In this document: positions 7,596 to 17,277 of the stretch, piece after piece
Layout: every line of letters starts with the position of its first letter
How positions within the stretch are numbered: position 1 is the first letter of the stretch
From: Calditrichia bacterium
GTDB taxonomy: Bacteria > Calditrichota > Calditrichia > RBG-13-44-9 > J075
DNA: 36,010 nt
Assembly: GCA_050633245.1 (NCBI GenBank)
Contig: JBOEGD010000045.1
Span: 1 to 36,010 of the forward strand
Reading direction: 5' to 3'
The notes under the pieces: generated by a model
Database searches by the model: none
Told to the model about the DNA's origin: nothing
The model's input: the letters and a program-made list of their open reading frames with translations, nothing else
Position numbers and translations under genes: made by a program

Positions 7596-9593
7596 ATGAA
7601 AACCATACTGGATCGCATTGCCAGTCAAAAGGATTTACACGATCCCACTCTTCTCCGCGAGCTGGTTGATAGAATTCGTCCGGAAAAAGCAGAACGTGCC
7701 GGTGAAGCTGCCGAGCATATTGAAAATCTGATTGCGCATTTGAAAAGCGGTGATGGTTTTTGTAGCGCTTTGCGAAGCTATATCAAAACACTCTTCAGCG
7801 CCTACGACCCCGTTTATTTGTTAAGCGAAAGCGGTATTTTAAGCAATACGGCTTTTTATTCGGAGTTCTGGTCTAAGTTAAAACACAAAGCTCTTCCTCG
7901 AGCTACCGAAGATCGCGAGATGAGCGAGCTGTTCGATCAGATTTTTAGCGCTTCCAATGATCATGTCTGGATCGAAATAATTCCACAAAAACTATGGGCT
8001 GAGCTATTTGATGCTCTTGGTATTTATCGAATAGTTCAAGATGACAAATCCACACTGCTGCCGGTTGCTTCTGCTATTCAGTTTCTTTCACACAGCATTG
8101 CCGCGCAGGGCATGGATTTTGAGCTCACGCGAAAGTTGCCACATCTCGAGCAGCTAGACTCACCCTTTCTTGAGCAAAACAAAGAGCTGACCGGTTTCGT
8201 CGATGAATTTCTGAAGGATAAATCAATGACGATGCAGGGTGATCTTTGTGCACCAATTATGGGACTGCTCGAATCCTGCGAAAACAATATCTATGAGTTG
8301 CGGCGCAAAAAGAATGAATTTGGCACCAGTCTACGCCTGACGATTATCACCCGGCGACTGTTGCAGCAGATTGATCGTCTGAAGTTGCTTCTTAAGCTGT
8401 TCAAAGAAAGTAGCCCTTCGGAATTTCATTTTAAACTGGCTAGAATTGGGCAAACGCTAATTCGTACCGAAAAGCAGAAAAATAGCCTCAGGCGTTTAAT
8501 AAACGATAATGTCGACCTTCTGGCGTTTGAAATTGTAGATCATGCTGCGTATAAAGGTGGCAAATATATTGCACGAAATGCCAGTGAATACTGGGGCTAT
8601 CTTCGTGCCAGTATGTTGGGTGGATTAATCATCGCATTTTTTGCCGCCTTTAAGGTTTTTCTTGCCTCACCATCATTGCCCCCGCTTGGCCAGGGCTTCA
8701 TTTATGGGTTAAACTATGCTGCCTGTTTTGTTCTGGTAAAGATCTGCGGAGGTATTATTGCAACCAAGCAGCCGGCAATGACGTCTTCTGCTGTAGTGCA
8801 GGGATTAGATCCTGATGACGATGGACATTGCGACAGTCTGGAAGACGTGAAAAACCTGATCGTGAAAGTTTCGCATAGTCAGTTCATCTCATTCGTTGGA
8901 AACTTAATTTGCGCCTTTCCGGTGGCGTGGCTGCTGTCGAAGGGATACGATCAGTTCTTTCAACAAAGCCTTATCAGCGACGTAAAAGCAGACAAGCTTT
9001 TGTTCGACTTACGTCCTCTTGCCGGTGGCGCATTGTTTTATGCTGCAATTGCCGGACTCTTCTTATCTCTTTCCGGCCTCATTTCCGGCTACTTCGACAA
9101 TAAGGTTATATTTAGCCGCATTCCACAGCGCATTAAAGCACACCCCAGACTTCGTCGCGTGAACGCAAAGTTGTTAGATCGCTTTGCCGGATATATTGAA
9201 AAAAACCTTGGCGTACTGTCAGGAAATGTTTCGTTGGGGTTTTTCCTCGGCCTTGCCGGTACTGTTGGTTTTATAACCGGACTTCCGATCGATATTCGCC
9301 ATATTGCGTTTAGCTCAGCGAACCTGGGTTTTGCTATTGAGCATGGCAATGTGGCGTTGGACAGCACTCTATTTTTGTTTGGTGCGTTGTGTGTGGCTGG
9401 AATCGGTTTAGTTAACTTTCTTGTCAGTTTTGGTCTTACGCTTGTAATAGCTATGAAATCGCGGCGTATTACATTTGGGCAGACCCGCGAGCTTACAAGG
9501 CTCTTGTTTGCACATTTTTTTCGCTCTCCGCTGGACTTCTTTTTTGCGCGGCAGTCTATGGGGGTAAAAGAAGATCCTGTTCAAAGTTCATAG
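7596..9593 (+). CDS. Gcr/COG4389-type 'site-specific recombinase' family membrane protein
   Basis: Family motifs ATKQPAMT, AAIAGLFL..SGLISGYFDN, GLPIDIRHIAFS and IGLVNFLVSF; soluble helical N-half and multi-TM C-half. Confidence 0.85.
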   Translation: MKTILDRIASQKDLHDPTLLRELVDRIRPEKAERAGEAAEHIENLIAHLKSGDGFCSALRSYIKTLFSAYDPVYLLSESGILSNTAFYSEFWSKLKHKALPRATEDREMSELFDQIFSASNDHVWIEIIPQKLWAELFDALGIYRIVQDDKSTLLPVASAIQFLSHSIAAQGMDFELTRKLPHLEQLDSPFLEQNKELTGFVDEFLKDKSMTMQGDLCAPIMGLLESCENNIYELRRKKNEFGTSLRLTIITRRLLQQIDRLKLLLKLFKESSPSEFHFKLARIGQTLIRTEKQKNSLRRLINDNVDLLAFEIVDHAAYKGGKYIARNASEYWGYLRASMLGGLIIAFFAAFKVFLASPSLPPLGQGFIYGLNYAACFVLVKICGGIIATKQPAMTSSAVVQGLDPDDDGHCDSLEDVKNLIVKVSHSQFISFVGNLICAFPVAWLLSKGYDQFFQQSLISDVKADKLLFDLRPLAGGALFYAAIAGLFLSLSGLISGYFDNKVIFSRIPQRIKAHPRLRRVNAKLLDRFAGYIEKNLGVLSGNVSLGFFLGLAGTVGFITGLPIDIRHIAFSSANLGFAIEHGNVALDSTLFLFGALCVAGIGLVNFLVSFGLTLVIAMKSRRITFGQTRELTRLLFAHFFRSPLDFFFARQSMGVKEDPVQSS

Positions 9594-9641
9594 CAATTTG
9601 ACAGAACACTTTTGTTTATACTGATATTGGCCGAGGTGAAT

Positions 9642-10793
9642 TTGGAGAAGAAAATCAGGCTGCTATGTATTCTACTCAGTCTTTTTGGCGCGTTTGCGCT
9701 GTGGGCAGATGAGCCTATACCGGCAAAAGGCCCGGCTAATGGCACGCTGATGCTGCTGGGCGGCGGAATCCTTGAGGGACATGCAAATCTACTAAAAAAA
9801 ATTGCCGGTGGAGATAGCGCAACAGTCGTTATTGTTCCTACGGCCCTCTCCGATAAAAACCTTTCCAAAGACCCTCAGTTTGCGAAAATCAAAAAACGCT
9901 TTTCTAAACTTAACATTCATAATGTTAGGATTTTGCATACCCGTGACAGAAATGTTGCCAATAGTGCAAGTTTTGTCCAGCCGTTGATCGAAAACAATGC
10001 TGTCTTTTTTCTTGGCGGGCGAACAGAAAGTATTATTGACGCCTACAAAGATACTGAAACTGAAAATGCACTTCACGAGCTATTGGCCAGAGGCGGAATT
10101 ATTGCCGGGGTTTCTGCCGGCTCCGGATCTCAGGCTGCTTATTTCTCGAATGACTCTCTGAAAACCGGATTCGAGTTTCTTGAGGGAACGATTGTTATGA
10201 ATCATTTCCTCAAGCGTAATAAACAGTTCGACCATACTTTGGATATTCTCGCAAACCGAAATTACCTTGCCCTGGGAATCGATGACAATACCGGTATCGT
10301 GGTACAGGGCGACCGCTTTGAGGTTATTGGGCGCAGTTATGTTGCAATTTACGATGGCACAAACTATTATCGCTATAGTGACTCTACTGCAGCGTTGGCG
10401 AAGGACTCGGAGCGCTTCTATTTATTGAAGCATGGTGATCGCTATAGTTTGAGCAAGCGAACCGTAGAGTCGAATAAGCGACTGAGGCCCGTCAAACTCA
10501 AACGAACACTAATTCAGCAATATATCGGGAACTTTAGAGCAACAGAAAAGGATTTCGGTATTGAGTTCTTAGTTGAGAATGATACCTTAAAAGTGAAGAA
10601 CAGCTGGGGTTGGAAAGTCTATCCGATCTTGCCTTTTCGGAAGGACGTATTTTTTGCCACAAACCGTAATATGTGGTTCAAGTTTGAGCGCAATCAGCTC
10701 TCGGGGAAAGTGGAGTCGGTGGCGAAGATGCGGTCAATCTTACTGGATGATGTTATCGTTACATTAAAGCGAGTGGATAGTTCTGAGGAATAA
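9642..10793 (+). CDS. Secreted cyanophycinase-like peptidase (S51) with a C-terminal DUF3471-like domain
   Basis: Signal peptide; LMLLGGG, VPTA, FFLGG; nucleophile GVSAGS; NHF; GIDDNT. Start is probably TTG 9642 after GAGG; the ORF track starts at 9612. Confidence 0.8.
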   Translation: MEKKIRLLCILLSLFGAFALWADEPIPAKGPANGTLMLLGGGILEGHANLLKKIAGGDSATVVIVPTALSDKNLSKDPQFAKIKKRFSKLNIHNVRILHTRDRNVANSASFVQPLIENNAVFFLGGRTESIIDAYKDTETENALHELLARGGIIAGVSAGSGSQAAYFSNDSLKTGFEFLEGTIVMNHFLKRNKQFDHTLDILANRNYLALGIDDNTGIVVQGDRFEVIGRSYVAIYDGTNYYRYSDSTAALAKDSERFYLLKHGDRYSLSKRTVESNKRLRPVKLKRTLIQQYIGNFRATEKDFGIEFLVENDTLKVKNSWGWKVYPILPFRKDVFFATNRNMWFKFERNQLSGKVESVAKMRSILLDDVIVTLKRVDSSEE

Positions 10794-10815
10794 GAATCTT
10801 AATTGAAAAGCTGGT

Positions 10816-12078
10816 ATGCAGAATAAATCACAAGCGGAAGAACATTTGCTTCCGGAACATTTTTTTAGAACCGAGTATGGCCGCATCGTTGCATTTCTAA
10901 CCCGCTATGTTGGTATTGGCAATATTGCGGATGCTGAGGATATTGCTCAGGAAACTTTTCTAAAAGCCGTTGAGCATTGGACGCACAATTCGCTGCCCCC
11001 TAATCCACAAGCCTGGCTTTATACCACAGCCAAAAACCTCATGTTAAATGCATTAAAACGCAAGAAGTATCTTGCTGACTACGTAGGTCAATATCCTGAA
11101 GACCACCAGCTGGAAAAGGGGGTTGAGTTCTCAGACGACCTTATTCAGGATGAGCAGTTAAAAATGATGTTTGCCTGCTGCACAGATAGCATCTCTGAAC
11201 AGCAGCAGTGTGCATTGATTTTGAAAGTTCTCTGTGGGTTTAGTATTGCTGAAATAGCCGCGGCTTTTCTTACCTCAAAAGAAACGATTAACAAAAGACT
11301 TGTCCGAGCACGGGGCACTTTAAAAGATGATGCTCGGAACTTTAAACTCCCTCTTAAAGTAGGCCCTTCTGTTCGTATTGTGCTCAGAACAATTTATTTG
11401 CTGTTTAATGAAGGCTATAAATCCTCTGGAAATAACATGTTTATTCGCAGGGAGCTATGCCTTGAAGCAATCCGTCTGGCGCAGCTTTTAACTGGGAATA
11501 AACATGTAAAGCGAAAGTCCGAGCCTCATGCGTTGCTTGCGCTAATGTTTTTGAACGTTTCCCGATTTGATGCGCGGCAAAACGAAGTGGGTGAAATTAT
11601 TGAAATGAAAGAACAGGATCGTTCGCTTTGGAATATGGATCTAATTAATGAAGGACTCCGTCACTTAACCTGTGCCAGCAGTGAACAAGAGGTCTCTACC
11701 TATCTTCTACTTGCCGCCATATCTGCAAATTACTGTACTGCCGCTACTTTTGAAGAAACAAACTGGCAGGAGATACTTGAGCTATACGATCGGCTTCTTC
11801 AACTGGAAAATTCTCCGCTGGTTCTATTAAACAGAGCTGTTGTCGTAAGTAGAGTCCATGGTGTCGGCAGTGCAATTGCTGAATTACGGAAGCTGGAAGC
11901 GAATGCCGCTATTGCTAATAACTATCTTTTTCACTCTACCATGGGAGAGCTGTTTTTGCAAGAAGAAGATCGACCTTCTGCTGTTGTCAGCTTCAAAAAA
12001 GCTATTTCTCTTGCGCCGAAAAACCCTGAATTAGATGTCCTGCAAAAAAAATTACGGCAGATTGTCCCTGTTTGTTGA
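10816..12078 (+). CDS. ECF sigma factor with TPR C-terminal extension (ECF42-like)
   Basis: Region 2 AEDIAQETF..A...W.....P.NPQAWL..TAKN; LKMMFACC; region 4 GFSIAEIAAAFL...ETINKRLVRA; IYLLFNEGY; QDRSLW; TPR tail; adjacent DGPF protein. Confidence 0.9.
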   Translation: MQNKSQAEEHLLPEHFFRTEYGRIVAFLTRYVGIGNIADAEDIAQETFLKAVEHWTHNSLPPNPQAWLYTTAKNLMLNALKRKKYLADYVGQYPEDHQLEKGVEFSDDLIQDEQLKMMFACCTDSISEQQQCALILKVLCGFSIAEIAAAFLTSKETINKRLVRARGTLKDDARNFKLPLKVGPSVRIVLRTIYLLFNEGYKSSGNNMFIRRELCLEAIRLAQLLTGNKHVKRKSEPHALLALMFLNVSRFDARQNEVGEIIEMKEQDRSLWNMDLINEGLRHLTCASSEQEVSTYLLLAAISANYCTAATFEETNWQEILELYDRLLQLENSPLVLLNRAVVVSRVHGVGSAIAELRKLEANAAIANNYLFHSTMGELFLQEEDRPSAVVSFKKAISLAPKNPELDVLQKKLRQIVPVC

Positions 12079-12123
12079 TCTCAATTGTTATGGAGATAAC
12101 AACCACAAACAAGAGAGGTTAAA

Positions 12124-12480
12124 ATGAAAGAGTTTATGCTGTTAATCCGAGCCGATGGAAATCCTGTTGCCGAGTTATCTCCACAGAAGCAACAAGAGCA
12201 TGTTGAAAAAGTGGGTGGATTTATCAAGCGTCTTGTGGACGAGGGGAAAATGATAGCCGCCGAGCCTTTGGAAATGAGCGGGACAGTTGTTTCCCGGAAA
12301 AAGGGTATGTTGACTGACGGACCATTTAATGAAACAAAGGAAGTTGTTGCAGGATATTATCATATTAGAGCAGAAAGCCTCGAAGAGGCAGTAAGCATAG
12401 CCAAAACAGATCCGCGATTTGAGGATGGCGACTGGAGAATTGAAGTGCGGCCAATAATGAAGGTTACCGGAATTAATTGA
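12124..12480 (+). CDS. YciI-family DGPF(AETKE) protein
   Basis: TDGPFNETKEVVAGYY and IEVRPI motifs; SD GAGAGG. Confidence 0.9.
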   Translation: MKEFMLLIRADGNPVAELSPQKQQEHVEKVGGFIKRLVDEGKMIAAEPLEMSGTVVSRKKGMLTDGPFNETKEVVAGYYHIRAESLEEAVSIAKTDPRFEDGDWRIEVRPIMKVTGIN

Positions 12481-12609
12481 TTTCGATTTAAGCTGCCGGG
12501 ATGCTTTTTTTGCAGGCTTACCGGTGGCTTATTGTCGCGTGAAATTTTGCAATAATCCAGTCGTTGAACTGTCAAACCTATATATCCAGACGAACAAAAG
12601 GGATGATAG

Positions 12610-14046
12610 ATGAAAATATTTCAAAGAAGTTTGCTGATAGCTTTCATAGTGTTTGCTGTTACGCTTATTGCAAAAGAGAACGAAAAAGCCGACAACTGGC
12701 CAACCTGGCGTGGTCCGGCTTCCAATGGCATTGCAGAAAATGCTTCTCCACCCATTGAATGGAGTGAGGAGAAGAACATCAAATGGAAAGTGAAAATTCC
12801 CGGAAGTGGTCACGCTACGCCGGTAATTTGGCAGGACAAAATATTTGTTCTGACGGCCGTAAAAACCGATAAGATTTTTCCCCGCAAGGCAGAAGGTACT
12901 TCCAAAGGTGAGCGACCGCGTCCTAAGAATGGCGAAAAGCCACCCCGCCCTCCGAGAGATGTAAAAAAAGGAGAAAAGCCGCCGGAAGGTAAGAGCTCTG
13001 ATGGTAAAAAAAGGAAGCGCCGTCCACGTGGTGTTCAACCTGATGATGTATTGCGATATACTGTTTTGGCATTGGACCGTGAGACGGGTAAAGTGCTGTG
13101 GGAGCACGTTGCGATTGAAGCCACTCCCCATGAAGGCACGCATCTCGATGCGACATGGGCATCAAACTCACCGATAACAGACGGAGAGCATTTGTATGCA
13201 CACTTTGGATCGCGTGGTATCTTTTGCTACACGCTTGAAGGTGAATTGGTCTGGCAAAAAGATCTCGGTGATATGCGCACCCGGCGTGGATTTGGCGAAG
13301 GCAGCTCTCCGGTGCTCCACGGGAATACGCTTGTTATAAATTGGGATCATGAAGAAGCTTCATTTATTGTTGCTCTTGATAAGAAGACCGGCGATGAACT
13401 TTGGCGAGATGCACGTGATGAGCCTACCTCATGGTCTACTCCACTTATTCATATAATTGATGGTAAGGAGCAGGTGATTGTGAGCGCTACAAATAATGTG
13501 GTTGGCTACGATCTAAAAACCGGTAAGCGACTGTGGGAATCGAACGGCATGACAATGAACGTAATTCCTACTCCGATAGTTTATAAAGACTTGCTGTATG
13601 TGATGAGTGGATTTCGTGGAAATGCGTTGCAGGCAATTCGAATGGATGGACTAAGCGGTGATATTAAATCGACTGATGCCATTGCCTGGGAATATAATAA
13701 GGATACCCCCTACGTCCCGAGTGGCGTTCAGTATAACGGTCGACTATACTTTTCCAAATCCAATAATGCGATTTTGACATGTCTTGATGCCACAACTGGT
13801 AAGCCGGTTTATGAAACTCAGCGTCTTTCCGGATTGGGCACGATTTACGCGTCAATGCTTGCTGCAAATGGGCACGTATATATTACCAGTAAAAATGGTA
13901 CAACGCTGGTTCTGAAAGATGGCGAGACCTTCGTTGTTGCAGCAACTAATAAACTGGATGATTTTTTTAGTGCGTCACCGATTGCTCTGGGTAACTCTCT
14001 TTTCTTGCGGGGAGCAAAGAATCTCTATTGTATTTCTGCCAATTAG
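12610..14046 (+). CDS. PQQ-like / BamB-like beta-propeller exported protein
   Basis: Signal peptide; WPTWRGP; repeated ALD..TG..LW units; SP/TP blade motifs. Confidence 0.88.
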   Translation: MKIFQRSLLIAFIVFAVTLIAKENEKADNWPTWRGPASNGIAENASPPIEWSEEKNIKWKVKIPGSGHATPVIWQDKIFVLTAVKTDKIFPRKAEGTSKGERPRPKNGEKPPRPPRDVKKGEKPPEGKSSDGKKRKRRPRGVQPDDVLRYTVLALDRETGKVLWEHVAIEATPHEGTHLDATWASNSPITDGEHLYAHFGSRGIFCYTLEGELVWQKDLGDMRTRRGFGEGSSPVLHGNTLVINWDHEEASFIVALDKKTGDELWRDARDEPTSWSTPLIHIIDGKEQVIVSATNNVVGYDLKTGKRLWESNGMTMNVIPTPIVYKDLLYVMSGFRGNALQAIRMDGLSGDIKSTDAIAWEYNKDTPYVPSGVQYNGRLYFSKSNNAILTCLDATTGKPVYETQRLSGLGTIYASMLAANGHVYITSKNGTTLVLKDGETFVVAATNKLDDFFSASPIALGNSLFLRGAKNLYCISAN

Positions 14047-14062
14047 ATATTTCTGACTTTAT

Positions 14063-14096
14063 GGACACGGCGTAAGTTGCGCCGTATCCTATTTTT
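14063..14096 (+). terminator. Hairpin with T-rich tail between convergent genes (REP-like stem)
   Basis: GGAcACGGCG-taagttg-CGCCGTaTCC followed by TATTTTT. Confidence 0.55.
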
Positions 14097-14712
14097 CTGC
14101 AAATCCCAGCATTACGCCCATCGTTATGAAGACCGTTCCGGTCACCCACTTCTGCGCTCGCTGAACGCGTGGATGGCGCTGCATAACATCTCCTACTCTG
14201 CTGAAGCATAATGCAACGACAAATAGTACCAGCGTTCCAAAAAAATCGAAAACGAATCCCAGAAAGATTATCTGTGGTAAAACACTTTCTGCGGTATTTA
14301 CAAATTGTGGTAAAAAAGCGAGAAAGAAGAGCGCAACTTTGGGGTTTAGTACATTAACGATCACTCCTTCCCGGAAGATCGTGCCGATAGAATCGGGCTG
14401 AAGACGTTGCTTTTCGAATTGATTACCGGCGGTCATAAACGTACGAATGCCAAGATAGATCAAATAGACCGCGCCTGCCCACTTTACTACCTGGAATGCT
14501 GTTGCCGAGACCATGAGCAGAGTTGATAATCCAAATGCGGCTGCTGCGATATGTGCCAGCGTTCCGGTTCCAATAGCAAGCGCTGAAATTAAGCCGACAC
14601 TGCGGCCCTGCATGGCGCTACGGGTTGCCACGTAAAGCATATCAGGGCCCGGCGTAATATTCAGCAGCAAACCAGCCCCGATAAACAGTAATAAGTTCTC
14701 GACTCCAAACAT
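14089..14712 (-). CDS. LysE/RhtB family translocator
   Basis: ITPGPDMLYV; VKWAGAVYLIYLG; NVLNPKVALFFLAFLPQF. Start moved to ATG 14712 (GAGGA upstream); the ORF track starts at 14739. Confidence 0.93.
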   Translation of the reverse strand: MFGVENLLLFIGAGLLLNITPGPDMLYVATRSAMQGRSVGLISALAIGTGTLAHIAAAAFGLSTLLMVSATAFQVVKWAGAVYLIYLGIRTFMTAGNQFEKQRLQPDSIGTIFREGVIVNVLNPKVALFFLAFLPQFVNTAESVLPQIIFLGFVFDFFGTLVLFVVALCFSRVGDVMQRHPRVQRAQKWVTGTVFITMGVMLGFAEK

Positions 14713-14831
14713 TAAGATATCCTCTTTTTGCGAATACAAGTTATGGTGAATATTACTGCGGTTGAGAATTGCGTGTAATATAAAATAATTGCGGTTGGAA
14801 TGGGACGGTATTTTGCAGTGGCCTGTAGCAA

Positions 14832-14907
14832 TCGATGCACAGATCGACTACCACATCCGTTACCATCTTTTCTGCCGTCAGTTGATTGCCGTCAGTTGAT
14901 TGCCGTC
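14832..14907 (-). repeat. Composite repeat copy 1 (reverse orientation): 14-bp tandem units plus TCGA-N8-TCGA palindrome
   Basis: TGCCGTCAGTTGAT x2.5 at 14873-14907; TCGAT-gcacag-ATCGA at 14832-14847. Confidence 0.75.
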
Positions 14908-15043
14908 CCTTATATTGTCTTGCCCGATTCCTGCCTTTTTCTACCATTCATTTCGTCACGGTCGATAATTTTGTAACTTAACGCGAAAAGTGTCTGAAGA
15001 TCAGCCCCTGATTTTCGACAAAGAAGACAGCGGAGTTTTCAAA

Positions 15044-16744
15044 ATGAGCATAATGCAGCGGTTGCTGCCGGCATGGATGCAGCAATACGAACAGAGCCAG
15101 TTTCGAGGAGACTTGACGGCAGGGATTACCGTCGCAGTAATGTTTATCCCCCAGGGCATGGCTTACGCTATGCTTGCCGGATTAAACCCGATTAATGGGC
15201 TCTATGCCGCTTTGGTCGGTTTACTCATTTATGCCTGGCTTGGTACTTCTCGCTATTTGTCCGTTGGGCCTGTAGCAATAGACTCAATGTTAGTTGCAGC
15301 AAGTCTTTCACTTGTTGCAGAGTCTGCATCATCTGGATATCTGTTGCTAGCTGCCGGACTTGCCATCTACGTTGGTGTACTGCAATTCCTGATGGGCGTA
15401 GCTCGTCTTGGTTACGTAATCAACTTCCTCTCGCTTCCGGTACTTAGTGGTTTTACCTCTGCCGCTGCCATCATCATTTGTTCCAGCCAAATCAATCATT
15501 TGCTTGGTATGTCCATTCCACGTTCTCAATTCGTTTTTGAAACTGGCTCTTATCTGATGTCCCACGTTCTGGAAATGCATCCGATTACATTTTTGTTTGG
15601 TCTATTCAGCGTATTATTTCTCTGGGTGGCCTCACAGCTTAAACCAGGCTTTCCAGCTGCTATCGTACTTGTTGTTGGCGTGACGATTACATCGTGGCTA
15701 ATGAGTTTCTCTGATTATGGTGTTCGCATCGTTGGAGTCGTTCCTTCCGGTCTACCGGCTTTTGCTGTTCCTCAACTTACTGCCGGGTTCTGGGTCGACT
15801 TTTTACCGGTTGCTATACTGGTTGCACTAATGAGTTTTATGGAGGCCATTGCTGCAGCTAAGCGATTTGCGCTTCAGAGTGGTGAGAGCGTTGATGCAGA
15901 TCAGGAATTAAAAAGTTTGGGCCTGGCAAATATCGGTGTCGGTTTTTTTGCCGGATACCCAATTGCCGGTAGCTTCTCGCGAACAGCGCTAAATGCGCAG
16001 GCTGGAACCACTAGTCAGTTAAGTTCACTAATTACGGCTGCTCTTATTGCGCTTACATTACTGGCGTTAACCCCGCTATTCTTTTATTTACCAACATTTG
16101 TGCTTGCGGCAATTATTGTGGTTGCAGTCAGCAGACTTATCGACCTGTCTGAAGCAAGGCGTTTATATCGCGTTAGTCGCAATGATTTTTGGGTGCTGGT
16201 GACGGCTTTTTTTGCCACATTGCTGCTCGGCGTGCAGAATGGAATTTTGGTAAGCATTGTTTTTTCAATTATTATAGTCTTTCAGCGCATCGCGCATCCT
16301 CATATTGCCCTAATGGGGGAGATACCGGGGAAAACCACTTTGCGTAATTTTGAGCGCGATCCCAAAGCCGAGCCAATCCCCGGCTTATTGATAATTCGTA
16401 TGGATGCATCCTTGATGTTTGTGAATACCCGATACTTCAAGTCGCAAATGATGTCGGCAATTCGCGCGCGGGATGAATTTGTTCATGCGGTATTAGTCGA
16501 TGCCAGCAGTATCAATGAGGTAGACGCCTCGGCTGAGTCTGCCCTGCGTTTATTGCAGGATGAGCTACGCAAACGCGGTACGCGACTGATGTTTAGTAAT
16601 CTTAAAGGCCCGGTGCGTGATCTGTTTCGGCGCTCTGGTTTGGCTGAGCAGATTGGTATGGAGAATATTTTTCTATCGAAGAAGGCTGCAGTGGCGCACT
16701 ACCGGAGTCAGGCAGTTGATAACGGAATAACAAACGGCAAATAA
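15044..16744 (+). CDS. SulP family inorganic anion transporter with STAS domain
   Basis: GDLTAGITVAVMFIPQGMAYA; GSFSRTALN; C-terminal STAS DASSINEVDAS. Start is probably ATG 15044 (GGAG upstream); the ORF track starts at GTG 14990. Confidence 0.93.
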   Translation: MSIMQRLLPAWMQQYEQSQFRGDLTAGITVAVMFIPQGMAYAMLAGLNPINGLYAALVGLLIYAWLGTSRYLSVGPVAIDSMLVAASLSLVAESASSGYLLLAAGLAIYVGVLQFLMGVARLGYVINFLSLPVLSGFTSAAAIIICSSQINHLLGMSIPRSQFVFETGSYLMSHVLEMHPITFLFGLFSVLFLWVASQLKPGFPAAIVLVVGVTITSWLMSFSDYGVRIVGVVPSGLPAFAVPQLTAGFWVDFLPVAILVALMSFMEAIAAAKRFALQSGESVDADQELKSLGLANIGVGFFAGYPIAGSFSRTALNAQAGTTSQLSSLITAALIALTLLALTPLFFYLPTFVLAAIIVVAVSRLIDLSEARRLYRVSRNDFWVLVTAFFATLLLGVQNGILVSIVFSIIIVFQRIAHPHIALMGEIPGKTTLRNFERDPKAEPIPGLLIIRMDASLMFVNTRYFKSQMMSAIRARDEFVHAVLVDASSINEVDASAESALRLLQDELRKRGTRLMFSNLKGPVRDLFRRSGLAEQIGMENIFLSKKAAVAHYRSQAVDNGITNGK

Positions 16745-16775
16745 CAAACGGCAGTCGTCGATCTGCATGTGATGG
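16727..16775 (+). repeat. Composite repeat copy 2: 14-bp tandem plus degenerate palindrome, containing the sulP stop codon
   Basis: ATAACAAACGGCA(A/G) x2 (16727-16754), then TCGTCGA-tctgcatg-T-GATGG (second TCGA lacks its C). Confidence 0.7.
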
Positions 16776-16788
16776 AAGCAGAGGCAAT

Positions 16789-17277
16789 ATGACAAATCTT
16801 GAAGAGACGCATGTAAAGGTAATGTTTAAGTTTCATAGCAGCATTCTGGATGAAGATATTTCTGAAACGATGTGGTCAGAAAAGATTGATGTTGAGAACG
16901 GTATCTACCGGCTGGATAATATCCCCTTTTATGGAGCGCCGATTGCTACCGGAGATGAGTTTTTTGCCGAGTTGGATGCCGAAGAAAAAATGCTTGTTTA
17001 TCGTAAGACGACCAAATACTCTGGTAATTCCATTATTCTGGTTCTTATCGCAAGAAAAGGATACGATAAGGAAGTTATCCGGGATGAGTTTAATGCTTTG
17101 AACTGCACTTCCGAAGGCGTAACCGATAGCTATTTCGCTATGGAAATTCTGGCGGAAACAGACTACTCCACTATTAAAAAGAAACTGCAGGAATTTGAAA
17201 AAGCCCGGCTAATTGATTATGCTGAGCCCTATCTGTCGGAAAAACACCTGCTGGATATTGAAGAAGAGAAGCAATGA
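16789..17277 (+). CDS. DUF4265-like hypothetical protein
   Basis: ETMW....  YRLDNIPFY...IATGD ... SGNSII pattern recalled for this family. Confidence 0.7.
   Translation: MTNLEETHVKVMFKFHSSILDEDISETMWSEKIDVENGIYRLDNIPFYGAPIATGDEFFAELDAEEKMLVYRKTTKYSGNSIILVLIARKGYDKEVIRDEFNALNCTSEGVTDSYFAMEILAETDYSTIKKKLQEFEKARLIDYAEPYLSEKHLLDIEEEKQ

Noticed and set aside
12490-12510. Terminator after the DGPF gene (AAGC...GCTT followed by a T run)
   Set aside because: The stem is only about 4 bp; too weak to call.
12529-13143. 204-aa minus-strand ORF
   Set aside because: It is an antisense shadow of the well-supported PQQ-like gene, with no recognisable motifs.
14753-14947. 64-aa ORF in the lysE/sulP spacer (likewise 17174-17473 and 28556-28744)
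   Set aside because: These are open frames through tandem repeats or antisense to real genes, with no SD or protein-like features.
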